This document shows, one piece after another, positions 48,578 through 58,987 of a stretch of 64,000 nucleotides of DNA. The DNA comes from an uncultured delta proteobacterium (lineage in GTDB: Bacteria; Desulfobacterota; Syntrophorhabdia; Syntrophorhabdales; WCHB1-27). The DNA lies in the NCBI GenBank assembly GCA_963810935.1, contig CAWEPK010000005.1, positions 128,001 to 192,000 of the forward strand, read 5' to 3'. Made by a program: the position numbers and the translations under genes. How positions within the stretch are numbered: the stretch's first letter is position 1; each line of letters starts with the position of its first letter. The notes beneath the pieces are model-generated. The model was not told where the DNA came from. It made no database searches and saw only the letters and a list, made by a program, of their open reading frames with translations.

Positions 48578-49215
48578 TGGACAGCATCTCTTTCGTAGTC
48601 TTTACTTTCAATTCGCGGTACGTAAAACGGTGGATAGCAGGCGGTCTTATCCTTATGATCCCGCTGGCCAATTTCCTTTCCGTCGGCTATCTCGCCCGCA
48701 CGTCCAGCCTTACCATGATAGGCGGCATGGGCCTGCCTACCTGGGAGAAAAAGAACGAGCTTTTGTGGGAGGGCGCAAAGCTTTTCGGCATTTTCATCCT
48801 TTACGAGGCCCTGCCCTGCTTCCTTTTCTCGTTCAGCTTCCTCCTTTCGAGCTTCGGCAACACCCTTACCGGCTTCGCGGGCGGCATAATAAAGTTCCTG
48901 GCGGTTATCGCTTTTATCGTCTGCTCCGCTTTCCTCCCCTTCGCTTTCTGCACCTTCATCGATCAGGCGGAAGTGCGGAGGGCCTTCGAGTTCGAGCGGA
49001 TAGCCGCAGCCGTCAAGGAAGTGATGCCTGCGTACGTTTTCGGTTACGTCCTGAGCCTAATCTGCATGTACGTGGCATACAAGCTGCACACCATCCCCTA
49101 TCTACTGGGTTTCGCCCTCTCGTCCGTGCTCATCTATTATGTCCTCCTCGTCTCCACTTATTATTTCACGCAGCTTTACAAAAAGACCGCGCTGGGGGCA
49201 GGCAAACTGCCGTAA
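48574..49215 (+). CDS. DUF4013 family membrane protein
   Basis: 'IPLANFLSVGY', 'LPTW', 'AFEF'; 5-6 TM helices. Confidence 0.7.
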   Translation: MMDSISFVVFTFNSRYVKRWIAGGLILMIPLANFLSVGYLARTSSLTMIGGMGLPTWEKKNELLWEGAKLFGIFILYEALPCFLFSFSFLLSSFGNTLTGFAGGIIKFLAVIAFIVCSAFLPFAFCTFIDQAEVRRAFEFERIAAAVKEVMPAYVFGYVLSLICMYVAYKLHTIPYLLGFALSSVLIYYVLLVSTYYFTQLYKKTALGAGKLP

Positions 49216-49275
49216 GACCGCGTAATGTATACGGTTATGAGCCGAATCGTATGCCCGGACCAGGCCAGTTTATAC

Positions 49276-49304
49276 TTGCACAGTTTACCGATATTTTATA
49301 AGAT
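49276..49304 (+). promoter_or_regulatory. sigma70 promoter of the glycan operon
   Basis: TTGCAC-17 nt-TAAGAT; implies a leader of about 130 nt. Confidence 0.6.
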
Positions 49305-49375
49305 ATTCTGGCACATTCCGGAAAATCTGTGTATAGCACCTCACGTGCCGAGGATGATTTGCGGGTATGCGGCGG

Positions 49376-49393
49376 GCCAGTGGCGGTAGCTTG
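49376..49393 (+). promoter_or_regulatory. ops (operon polarity suppressor) / JUMPStart-like element
   Basis: GCCAGT-GGCGGTAGCTTG matches the ops consensus GGCGGTAGnnTG exactly, on the sense strand of a polysaccharide operon leader. Confidence 0.72.
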
Positions 49394-49440
49394 TCAAAAA
49401 ATGGGACTACCACGATGATTTCGCTAAGGAAAGGAACAAC

Positions 49441-50325
49441 ATGAAAGGCATCATTTTGGCCGGAGGCAGCGGCACGCGACTTTTTCCGCTCACCCTCGGC
49501 GTATGCAAGCAGCTCATACCCGTATACGACAAGCCGATGATCTACTTCCCCCTCTCGGTGCTGATGCTGGCCGGCATCAGGGATATCCTCATCATCTCGA
49601 CGCCGCAGGACCTTCCGCGCTTTGAGACCATCTTCAAAGACGGCTCCCACCTGGGGCTTCGTTTCAGCTACGCTGAGCAACCCCATCCAAACGGGATTGC
49701 CGAGGCTTTCATCATCGGCGCGGATTTTGTGGGCGCCGACGACGTCTGCCTCATACTCGGGGACAACATATTCTACGGACACGGCCTTACCGCCCGGCTC
49801 AGGAAAGCCGTAGCCGACGTCCACGATCTGGGCGGCGCGACGGTCTTCGGTTACTATGTCAGCGACCCGGAACGGTACGGCATAGCCGAGTTCGACGAAC
49901 ACCTGAACGTCCTGTCGATAGAGGAAAAACCGAAAAATCCCAAATCGAACTATGCGGTGACGGGCCTCTACTTCTACGATAACAGCGTTATCGGGGTCGC
50001 GAAAAACATAAAGCCGTCGGCCCGGGGAGAGCTGGAGATCACGGACGTCAATAACGCGTACCTTAAAATGGGCAAGCTCCATGCCGAGCTTCTCGGCAGA
50101 GGGTACGCCTGGCTCGATACGGGCACCCACGAGACGCTCCTGGAGGCAGCCGAGTTCATGGCGACCATAGAGAAGAGACAAGGCCTCAAGGTAGCCTGCA
50201 TAGAGGAGATCGCCTACAGGCTTGGATACATCGACGCGGACCGGCTCCTTACCCTCGCCGAGCCGCTTAAGAACAACGGCTACGGCAAGTACCTTCTGGG
50301 CCTCGCAAAAGGACCAAGGTCATAG
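49441..50325 (+). CDS. rfbA: Glucose-1-phosphate thymidylyltransferase
   Basis: '[12 protein letters not shown]', 'LGDNIFYG', 'EEKP', 'RGELEIT', 'WLDTGT'. Confidence 0.96.
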   Translation: MKGIILAGGSGTRLFPLTLGVCKQLIPVYDKPMIYFPLSVLMLAGIRDILIISTPQDLPRFETIFKDGSHLGLRFSYAEQPHPNGIAEAFIIGADFVGADDVCLILGDNIFYGHGLTARLRKAVADVHDLGGATVFGYYVSDPERYGIAEFDEHLNVLSIEEKPKNPKSNYAVTGLYFYDNSVIGVAKNIKPSARGELEITDVNNAYLKMGKLHAELLGRGYAWLDTGTHETLLEAAEFMATIEKRQGLKVACIEEIAYRLGYIDADRLLTLAEPLKNNGYGKYLLGLAKGPRS

Positions 50326-50333
50326 CCGGCCTC

Positions 50334-51194
50334 ATGAGGGTCCTCATCGCCGGGAAAAGCGGTCAGCTTGCGTGTGAGTTCACAAGACAGCTTTCCGCGC
50401 CCGCCTTCACCGTACTGGCTCCCGACGAGAAAGAGCTCGATATAACTAACATTGAGACGGTCAGGACCATAGTCGGCGCAAGCCGGCCGGACGTTGTCCT
50501 CAACTGTGCAGCCTACAACCTGGTGGACGACGCGGAGAGGGCGCCGGGGCCGGCCTTTGCCGTGAACGCGACGGGCGTTGCGAACCTGGCGGCAGCATGC
50601 AGGGAAGCGGGCGCGGTTTTAGTCCATTACGGGACCGACTACGTCTTCGGCGGCCTGAAAGAAACGCCGTACACGGAAGAGGATAACCCCGACCCGATCA
50701 ACGCTTACGGGCAGAGCAAGCTGGCAGGAGAGAGGCTGCTCGCCGAAAGCATGGAGGATTACCTGCTCCTGCGCGTGAGCTGGGTCTTCGGAGACGGGCG
50801 GCAGAACTTTCTTTACAAGATGCTGCAGGCGGCCCGCAGCCGCGAGGTGATCGAAGTTGTCGACGACCAGGTCTCCATACCCACCTCTACGCGGGACATC
50901 GTAAAGTATACGATGAAGGCGCTCGAAAAGGGTCTCCGGGGGCTCTACCATCTGACCAATAGCGGCTTCGCCTCGAGATACGAGACGGTACGCTACAGTT
51001 TTTCCAGGCTTGGTGTTGCCGCCAGGGTGGTGCCGGTCGGCACGGACCGCTTCCCTGCCCCTGCCCGCCGTCCCCGCTTTTCAGCCCTCTCGAACGCGAA
51101 ACTGGCGTCGGTTCTCGGTGCCGAAATACCCCACTGGACCGACGGCGTGGACTGGTACGTTGAAAGGAATGCGCAGGTCCAAGGGAGCGTATAA
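50334..51194 (+). CDS. rfbD: dTDP-4-dehydrorhamnose reductase
   Basis: 'GKSGQL', 'NCAAY..VD.AE', 'TDYVF', 'YGQSK', 'PARRP'. Confidence 0.93.
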   Translation: MRVLIAGKSGQLACEFTRQLSAPAFTVLAPDEKELDITNIETVRTIVGASRPDVVLNCAAYNLVDDAERAPGPAFAVNATGVANLAAACREAGAVLVHYGTDYVFGGLKETPYTEEDNPDPINAYGQSKLAGERLLAESMEDYLLLRVSWVFGDGRQNFLYKMLQAARSREVIEVVDDQVSIPTSTRDIVKYTMKALEKGLRGLYHLTNSGFASRYETVRYSFSRLGVAARVVPVGTDRFPAPARRPRFSALSNAKLASVLGAEIPHWTDGVDWYVERNAQVQGSV

Positions 51195-51306
51195 TAAAGC
51201 AAGCGAATGCGCAGCGCCGAGTGGGGAGGCCGGGGCACCCGCCCGACGTAAGGAGGGAAGGGTCGCAGCTTTGCCGACGGAGGGGGTGCTGAACCCCAAT
51301 GATTGC
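51194..51306 (+). repeat. Dispersed structured repeat, copy 3 (longer centre)
   Basis: Same flanks as copies 1 and 2 with about 30 extra central nt; begins at the rfbD stop codon. Confidence 0.8.
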
Positions 51307-51348
51307 CTGGTACGTTGAAAGGAGAAAGCTTATGGGCGAGGTAGATTC

Positions 51349-52117
51349 ATGAAAGTCGTCATTCTGGCAGGCGGACTGGGCACCCGCTTGAGCGAGGAAA
51401 CGGTAATCAAGCCGAAGCCCATGGTCGAGATAGGCAGCAGGCCCATCCTGTGGCATATCATGAAGATATACGGGCGCCATCACTTCGACGACTTCGTTGT
51501 CTGCCTCGGCTACAAGGGTTACATCATAAAAGAATTTTTCGCGAACTACGTCATCCACCAGTCGGACATCACGATCGACCTCCGCGCCAACAGACTCGCT
51601 TCTGCGCAGTAACAACACCGAGCCGTGGAGGGTAACGCTCGTAGGTACCGGAGAGAAAACGATGACTGGCGGCCGTGTACTGCGGGTCAGGGATTACCTG
51701 GAAAACGAGACGTTCATGCTTACATACGGAGACGGGGTAGCCGACATCGATATCGGGAAGCTTCTCGCGTTCCACAAGAGCCACGGCAAGCTCGCAACGG
51801 TGACCGCAGTCCGCCCGCCTTCCAGGTTTGGCGGCATGTCGATCGAAGACGGCCTCGTTACCAATTTCATCGAGAAACCCCAGATAGGAGAGGGCTGGAT
51901 CAACGGTGGGTTCTTTGTGCTGGAGCCCGGCGTGCTCGATTATATAAAGGGCGATTCCACGCTGTTCGAGCACGAGCCTTTGGAGATGCTGGCACGGGAG
52001 GGACAACTGGCCGCCTACAAGCACGAAGGCTTTTGGCAGTGCATGGACACAGTGCGCGACGTAGCGCTCCTCAACGAGCTGTGGGAATCGGAGCACTGTC
52101 CCTGGAAGGTCTGGTAG
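51349..52117 (+). CDS. rfbF: Glucose-1-phosphate cytidylyltransferase; apparent frameshift near 51598
   Basis: 'LAGGLGTRLSEET..KPKPMVEIG'; continues in another frame as 'EPWRVTLV', 'TGGR', 'TYGDG', 'INGGFF', 'FWQCMDT'. Confidence 0.9.
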
Positions 52118-52118
52118 G

Positions 52119-53238
52119 ATGGAACGGGCGCGCGATATCCTTCGCAGGGCTTACCGGGGCAAAAGAGTCCTCGTTACGGGCCACACGGGTTTCAAGGGGT
52201 CCTGGCTGGCTACCTGGCTCCTGGAATTGGGCGCCGAGGTGACGGGGTACGCCCTCGCGTCCACTACGGAACGGGACAATTTTGTCGTCTCCGGTCTCGC
52301 CGACCGCCTTACCGATGTCCGGGGCGACGTGAGGGACTTCGAAGGCCTGAAGGCCGTCTTTGACGACTTCAAGCCGGAGTTCGTCTTCCACCTCGCTGCC
52401 CAGGCCCTCGTAAGGAGGGGATACCGGGACCCCAAGGAGACCTTCGATACAAACGTCGGGGGCACTGTCAACGTGCTCGAGAATTGCCGCCTCAGCAATT
52501 CGGTCTCGACAATAGTCAACGTGACGAGCGACAAATGCTACGAGAACAGGGAATGGTCCTGGGGATACCGCGAGTGCGACCCCATGGGCGGCTACGACCC
52601 TTACAGCTCCAGCAAGGGGTGCTCGGAGCTTATAAGCGCCGCTTACAGGACGTCCTTTTTCAACAGCGATGGGGCATCGCGGAAGGTCCTCGCGACCGTC
52701 CGGGCCGGGAACGTGATAGGCGGCGGGGACTGGTCCGAAGACAGGATCATACCCGACTGCATCAGGTCGCTCGAAGCGGGCAAGGCAATAGGCGTAAGAA
52801 ACCCCCGCGCAGTGAGGCCGTGGCAGTTCGTGCTGGAGCCTCTCGGCGGCTACCTGCTCCTCGGCGCTGTGATGGGCACGGACCCGGACAGGTACGGCGG
52901 TCCATGGAATTTCGGCCCGGACAGGCTCTTCAACGGTCACCGTGGGCGAGCTTACAGGCCTGGTCGTAGACGCATGGGGCTCCGGGAGCTGGGAATCGAC
53001 AGCGACCGGTCGCGAGACGCACGAGGCGGGCCTGCTCGCCCTGGATATAAGCAAGGCGCGATACACGCTAGGCTGGCGGCCGAGTCTCACTATCGCCGAT
53101 GCGGTCGCAATGACGGTCGAGTGGTATGCCGCCTGCGTGAAGGGTGCAGGCGCGGCGCCTATATGCGAAAGCCAGATAAGAACTTACATGGAGCGAATGT
53201 CCATTCATGACACGGGAAGAAGAACAGATCAGGGGTGA
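52119..53238 (+). CDS. rfbG: CDP-glucose 4,6-dehydratase; apparent frameshift near 52925
   Basis: '[11 protein letters not shown]', 'TSDKCY', 'DPYSSSK', '[11 protein letters not shown]'; the C-terminus '[13 protein letters not shown]' is in the +1 frame. Confidence 0.9.
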
Positions 53239-54525
53239 GATTTCCGGTCTCGTCGAGAAGCTCTACCGGATGAAATACGGCCGCAGCGATTTCGTCCCGG
53301 GAAAGACGCCCGTCCGCTACGCCGGGCGCGTCTTCGACGAGCGGGAAATGAAGAACCTCGTCGATGCGTCGCTCGATTTCTGGCTTACAGCCGGCCGGTA
53401 CGCCGAGGAATTCGAGTCAAGGTTCGCAGAATTTTTCGGCCTTTCAGACGCGATCCTCGTGAACAGCGGCTCGTCCGCCAACCTCGTCGCAGTGAGTGCC
53501 CTCACCTCGTCCAAGCTGGGCGACAGGAGGCTCAAACCGGGAGACGAGGTAATCACCGCAGCAGCGGGCTTCCCCACGACGGTTGCCCCTATCGTCCAGA
53601 ACAGGCTTATCCCCGTCTTCGTCGATGTCCGGATAGGAACCTACAACGTCCTTCCCGACGAGGTCGCAGCGGCAGTCGGCCCGAGGACCCGCGCCATCTT
53701 TCTGGCCCATACCATGGGCAACCCCTTCGACCTGGAAGCGGTCTGCGAAATCGCCCGCAGCCATGACCTCTGGCTGATAGAGGACAACTGCGACGCCCTG
53801 GGGAGCCGCTACGACGGGAAGCTGACGGGCACCTTCGGACAGATAGCGAGCACGTCCTTTTACCCGGCCCATCACATCACCATGGGCGAAGGGGGATGCG
53901 TCGTGACCGATTCGGAAGAGATAGCGCGGGTAGCGCGCTCCTTCAGGGACTGGGGAAGGGACTGCTACTGCAGCGGAGGAGAGAACAACACGTGCGGCAA
54001 GAGGTACACGCAGAAGTTCGGCGACCTTCCCTTCGGCTACGACCACAAATACGTGTACTCCCATATAGGATACAACCTCAAGGTCACGGACATGCAGGCG
54101 GCAATCGGGGTCGCCCAGCTCGACAAGCTGGAAGGCTTCATAGAAAAAAGGAAGGCCCACTTCGAGCCTGATCATGCAGGGGTTGAAGCCCTTCGAAGAC
54201 CGTCTTTACCTGCCCGAGGCGACGCTTCTGGCGGACCCTTCATGGTTCGGCTTCGTCATAACCGTCAGGGAGGGTAGCGGCTTTACGCGGAACGAGCTCG
54301 ACGTCGTACCTGGAGCAGAACGGCATAGAGACGCGCAACCTCTTTTCGGGCAACCTGACGCGCCAACCCGCCTATATGGAAATAGAAAAGCGGCAGGTAG
54401 GAGACTTGAGCAATACCGACTACGTCATGGAGAACACGTTCTTCATCGGCGTTTACCCGGGCCTTGACCGGGAGCAGATCGACTATATGATAGACCGCAT
54501 AGGCCGGTTCATCGGGAGCCGCTGA
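53207..54525 (+). CDS. rfbH: CDP-4-keto-6-deoxyglucose 3-dehydratase (E1, DdhC/RfbH); apparent frameshifts near 54167 and 54300
   Basis: 'NSGSSAN', 'EDNCDA', '[14 protein letters not shown]' (His in place of the PLP Lys), 'DWGRDCYC', 'YDHKY'; C-terminal 'PSWFGF' and 'FIGVYPG' lie in shifted frames. Confidence 0.9.
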
Positions 54526-55248
54526 TTGCCGACACCTGTTAAGATACCGGTAGTCGCCCAAACGGTCGTGCGCCACACGGACACGGTCAAGACCCTGCTT
54601 TTGAAGCCCCTCAAGAGGCTACCGGCCTTCAGGCCGGGACAGTTCCTCCACCTGGCCATTGACCCTTACGACCCGGCAGGCTTCTGGCCCGAATCGCGTG
54701 TTTTTTCAATCGCCAGCTCGCCCGGCCGAGACCTCGTGCGCGTCGTCTTCTCCGTGAAGGGCGCATTCACGTCGAGGATGTTCAACGAGATCGGGGAAGG
54801 CGATGCATTGACCGTCAAGCTGCCTTACGGCAGCTTCCTCTTCGAGGCGGACCGGCCCCTCGTTTTGATAGCCGGCGGGACCGGCATAACGCCTTTTATC
54901 TCCTTCCTCGAGCACTCTCTCGACAAGCCATCGCCTGCCCGGATCAGCCTCTACTACGGGATGAGGAGCAGAGCGGACTTCGTCTGTAGCGACGTCCTCC
55001 GGGAATGCACCCGCACCATGAGCGGTTTCCGGTGCACTTGCTGCTTCGAGGACGGCGGTTTGGTCGAAGGTGTGAGCAGGTGCGAGAAGGGCATAATCCC
55101 AATAGATGAGATTATCGCCGAAAACCGGACGCAAAAGGAATCCCTCTATTATCTCTCGGGTCCGCCGGAAATGATAAAAAACGCCAGATCCCGCATCGCC
55201 GCAGCCGGCATAGATGAAAGCAACATCAGGGTGGACGATTGGGAATAG
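54526..55248 (+). CDS. FNR-type FAD/NAD(P) oxidoreductase (candidate E3 reductase, no ferredoxin domain)
   Basis: 'FRPGQF', 'RVFSIASSP', 'AGGTGITPF', 'YLSGPPEM'; starts immediately after rfbH. Confidence 0.78.
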   Translation: MPTPVKIPVVAQTVVRHTDTVKTLLLKPLKRLPAFRPGQFLHLAIDPYDPAGFWPESRVFSIASSPGRDLVRVVFSVKGAFTSRMFNEIGEGDALTVKLPYGSFLFEADRPLVLIAGGTGITPFISFLEHSLDKPSPARISLYYGMRSRADFVCSDVLRECTRTMSGFRCTCCFEDGGLVEGVSRCEKGIIPIDEIIAENRTQKESLYYLSGPPEMIKNARSRIAAAGIDESNIRVDDWE

Positions 55249-56322
55249 AGACTTCCAGCCGCCCGTCTGCGCCTGACGCTAACCCATTGGTCTCCGACCT
55301 GGACCACGTCCTCGCATCGACGCGCGGGTTGTGGGAGCAACTCCGGGGGAAATCGATATTCGTCACCGGCGGGACGGGTTTTATCGGGAAATGGCTCCTC
55401 GAAAGCTTTGTCCGGGCTTCCGACGTGCTCGATTTGCAGGCGCGGATGACGGTCCTTACCAGAGACATAGGGACTTTCACGGACGAGCACCCTCGTCTTG
55501 CCCGCCACCCGGCAATCCGGTACATCGAGGGTGACGTAAGAGACTTCACCTGGCCCAAAGAAACTTACTACGCGGTCATCCACGGGGCCGCCCAGGCAAG
55601 CGCCGAGCTGAACCGGGAGTACCCGCTGCTCATGACCCGCACGATCACGGAGGGGACACATAACGTCCTGGAAATGGCAAAAGACAGGGGCGTGCGCCGC
55701 TTCCTTTTCATCAGCTCCGGCGCCGTCTACGGCGAGCAACCGGCCGATATGGCCCATACACCGGAACAATATCGCGGCGCACCCGACTCTCTCGATCCCG
55801 GCTCTGCCTATGCCGAGTCCAAGAGAATGGGCGAGGCTGCTTTGTTCCATCTATTGCGCCCGCTGCGGCATCGAGACGATTGCCGCCCGGTGTTTCGCGT
55901 TCGTCGGTCCCTACCTCGACCTGGATATACACTTTGCCATAGGGAACTTCATCCGGGACGGCCTCAATGGCGGTCCCATTATAGTAAACGGGGATGGAAC
56001 ACCGCTTCGCTCCTATCTTTACACGTCAGACCTTGCGATATGGCTATGGGTCCTTCTCTTGTCGGGGAAGGCAGGCCAGGCATATAATGTCGGGTCGGAA
56101 GAGGCTGTTTCCATCGCGGAGCTTGCGGCTTGCGTTGCCGCCTGCTTCGAGCGACGGACGGAGGTTGTTATCAGAGGGCGTAAGGAACCGGACAAGCCCG
56201 TCGAGCAGTATGTACCCGATACAACGAAGGCGCGTACCGAGCTCGGCTTGAGTCAGCATATCGATCTGACGAGCGCTGTGAAAAAGACCATCGAGTGGCA
56301 CAGGGCCGTTTCATGGAGATAG
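55239..56322 (+). CDS. NAD-dependent epimerase/dehydratase/reductase; apparent frameshift near 55836
   Basis: 'TGGTGFIG', 'SSGAVYG', 'YAESKR'; continues as 'ARCFAFVGP', 'GDGTPLRSYLY', 'YNVGS'. Confidence 0.85.
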
Positions 56323-56347
56323 GGAAGCCAGGCAAAAGGCAAGATAG

Positions 56348-58165
56348 ATGAAACTGACGGACTACGTGATCGATCGCCTTGCCGCCCGGTATGGGGTGCG
56401 CGATATCTTTATGATCTCCGGCGGAGGGGCAATGCACCTTGTCGACTCTGTCGGCAAAGAAACCCGGCTCCGCTATCTCTGCCCCCATCACGAGCAGGCT
56501 GCGGCCATCATGGCGGAAGGCTATTCCCGCGTAACCGGCCGTCTCGCCGTATCAGTCGTAACCAGCGGTCCCGGCGGCACGAATACCCTTACCGGAGTAA
56601 TCGGCCAATGGCTCGACTCGGTGCCGGTCCTCTATCTTTCCGGACAGGTTAAACAGGAGACAACGATAGAATCGTGCCGCGATCTCGGTCTCAGACAGCT
56701 CGGCGACCAGGAGATAAACATCGTTGATATCGTTAGGCCCGTGACGAAGTACGCGGCGATAGTCAAGGACCCGCAAGATATCCGTTATCAACTCGACAAG
56801 GCGGTCTACATCGCTACCCACGGTCGGCCCGGCCCGGTATGGCTCGACATCCCGCTTGACGTGCAGGCGGCGTCGGTCGATCCGGAGAGCCTATCAGCTT
56901 ACGACAGCCGGGAAGACGAGATGCCATTCGACAGGGCCGCGCTTGCAAGCCAGGTAGAGCGCGTTGCCGCTTTGCTGCAAAAGGCGGAACGTCCTCTTCT
57001 TGTTGCCGGACAGGGCATCAGGATAAGCAAGGGCATCGACTTGTTCAGGCGCGTGGTGGACAAGATAGGCATCCCGGTAATCACCTCGTTCTGCGGGTAC
57101 GACCTTATGCCGTCCGATCACCCCCTGTTTGTCGGAAGACCGGGAACGCTGGGAACGAGGTTCGGTAACTTCGCCCTGCAGAATGCAGACTTGCTCATAA
57201 CGGTCGGCTCCAGAAATAATATCCGCCAGGTGAGTTACACACGGGGGGATTTTGCCAAGAACGCCGTAAAGGTCATGGTTGACATAGACGAAGCAGAACT
57301 TAAGAAACCAAGCTTTCATCCGGACATCGCTATTTGCGCAGACGCAAGTGAGTTCCTGAGGCTGCTTGGCGAAGCCGTAGAAACGAGACCGCTCCCCCGC
57401 TGGGATTCATGGATCGACTGGTGCAAAGAGCGCAAGAGTCGCTACCCCGTCGTGCTTGCGGAGTACTGGGATGACAAGAAACTGGTAAATCCGTACTGTT
57501 TCACCCAGGCGTTAACGGAGTCGCTCGGCGAAGGCGCGACTGTTGTGGCAGGTAACGGCACCGCCTGCGTCGCCCTCTTTCAGGCAGGTATAGTGAAGGA
57601 CGGACAGCGTTCTTTCTGGAACTCGGGATGCGCCTCGATGGGCTATGACCTGCCCGCGGCCATAGGCGCATGCGTCGCGGCCGGAAAAACCGTTGTCTGC
57701 CTGGCCGGTGACGGCAGCCTGCAAATGAACATACAGGAGCTGCAGACCGTCTACCATAACAGGCTACCCATAAAGCTCTTCGTACTGAACAACGGCGGCT
57801 ATGTGTCGATCAGACAGACCCAGGACAGTTTTTTCGGAGGCAGGCACGTCGCGTGCGGACCCGACAGCGGGGTCACCTTCCCCGACATCTGTCGCGTCGC
57901 CCTGGCCTATGGGATACCTTCATCCGTCATCTCAGGTCATGAAGGCATGAAGGATAAGATAAGGGAGACCCTGTCAACGCCCGGCCCCAACGTATGCGAA
58001 GTCCTTCTTTCCCCGGAGCAGAACTTCAGCCCCCGCGTCTCATCGAAAAAGGAACCGGACGGGAGGATCGTATCGAAACCCCTCGAGGATTTGTACCCCT
58101 TCCTGCCGAGAGAAGAACTCGAGAGGAACATGCTCGTGCGGCATAAAAAAGGCGACAAGGAGTAA
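56348..58165 (+). CDS. ThDP-dependent acetolactate-synthase-like enzyme (YerE-like carboligase)
   Basis: 'HHEQAA', 'TSGPGGTN', 'GRPGPVWLDIP', 'SMGY', 'GDGS...NN'; located inside a dideoxysugar operon. Confidence 0.85.
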   Translation: MKLTDYVIDRLAARYGVRDIFMISGGGAMHLVDSVGKETRLRYLCPHHEQAAAIMAEGYSRVTGRLAVSVVTSGPGGTNTLTGVIGQWLDSVPVLYLSGQVKQETTIESCRDLGLRQLGDQEINIVDIVRPVTKYAAIVKDPQDIRYQLDKAVYIATHGRPGPVWLDIPLDVQAASVDPESLSAYDSREDEMPFDRAALASQVERVAALLQKAERPLLVAGQGIRISKGIDLFRRVVDKIGIPVITSFCGYDLMPSDHPLFVGRPGTLGTRFGNFALQNADLLITVGSRNNIRQVSYTRGDFAKNAVKVMVDIDEAELKKPSFHPDIAICADASEFLRLLGEAVETRPLPRWDSWIDWCKERKSRYPVVLAEYWDDKKLVNPYCFTQALTESLGEGATVVAGNGTACVALFQAGIVKDGQRSFWNSGCASMGYDLPAAIGACVAAGKTVVCLAGDGSLQMNIQELQTVYHNRLPIKLFVLNNGGYVSIRQTQDSFFGGRHVACGPDSGVTFPDICRVALAYGIPSSVISGHEGMKDKIRETLSTPGPNVCEVLLSPEQNFSPRVSSKKEPDGRIVSKPLEDLYPFLPREELERNMLVRHKKGDKE

Positions 58166-58171
58166 AACGAC

Positions 58172-58972
58172 ATGAACTCCGTTGAACAGAGAATGGTAGA
58201 GATACTGAAGGAGCTTCGGGAAAGCTACGGCGCGCTCGCCGTGCGGGCCGAGTTTGAGGCCGAAGGGACGCGCCTTGAGGAGCTCCTGCGCCTCAAGGAG
58301 ATATGCATGACCGCCGGCCTCGGTCTGACCCTGAAGATAGGGGGGTGCGAATCGATCAGGGACATGCTGGAGGCGAAGATCGTGGGGGTCGATTACCTCG
58401 TTGCCCCTATGGTCGAGTCGCCGTACGCGCTGCGGAAATACCTTCAGGCGGTAAGCAAGACATTCTTTTCCGAAGAGGCAAACCCGGTAGAGGTGCTTTG
58501 CAATATCGAAACGGTAACCGGGTGCAACAACTTCGAGGCGATGCTCGGCATACCCGAGCTTGGAGGCCTTAACGGGATAGTTATAGAACGGGTCGACCTC
58601 TGTTTCTCCCTGGGGCTCGACGAGCAAGCCATCAACAAGAGCGAAGTAAATGAGATCGTTCTCGAAACCATCACCAAGGCCAAAAAGAAGAACCTGACCT
58701 GTACGGTGGGCGGAGGGGTATCGGCGGAGTCGTTGCCCTTTTTCGAAAAGATGCCGGAGGGCTATCTCGACCGGTACGAGACCCGCAAGGTCTGTTTCTC
58801 CTGGCAGGGCACACCAAACAGCAGGGACAAGGCCATATTGAAGGCGCTGGGGTTTGAAGTGCTCTGGCTTCGCAACAAGTTCAACTACTTCGACGGCATC
58901 TCTCGTTCCGAAAGGCAGCGGATGAGCCTCATCGAGCAGAGATACTGGAACGCGATAGATGCGCTACTGTAA
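58172..58972 (+). CDS. HpcH/HpaI aldolase/citrate-lyase family protein, paralogue 1
   Basis: 'AEFEAEG', 'KIGGCE', 'APMVES', 'NIET', 'ERVDL'. Confidence 0.7.
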   Translation: MNSVEQRMVEILKELRESYGALAVRAEFEAEGTRLEELLRLKEICMTAGLGLTLKIGGCESIRDMLEAKIVGVDYLVAPMVESPYALRKYLQAVSKTFFSEEANPVEVLCNIETVTGCNNFEAMLGIPELGGLNGIVIERVDLCFSLGLDEQAINKSEVNEIVLETITKAKKKNLTCTVGGGVSAESLPFFEKMPEGYLDRYETRKVCFSWQGTPNSRDKAILKALGFEVLWLRNKFNYFDGISRSERQRMSLIEQRYWNAIDALL

Positions 58973-58987
58973 GAAGAAGGGGGTACG

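Noticed and set aside
25117..51306. Repeat copies as a CRISPR array
   Set aside because: Copies are kilobases apart, in both orientations and over 80 nt long; no cas genes.
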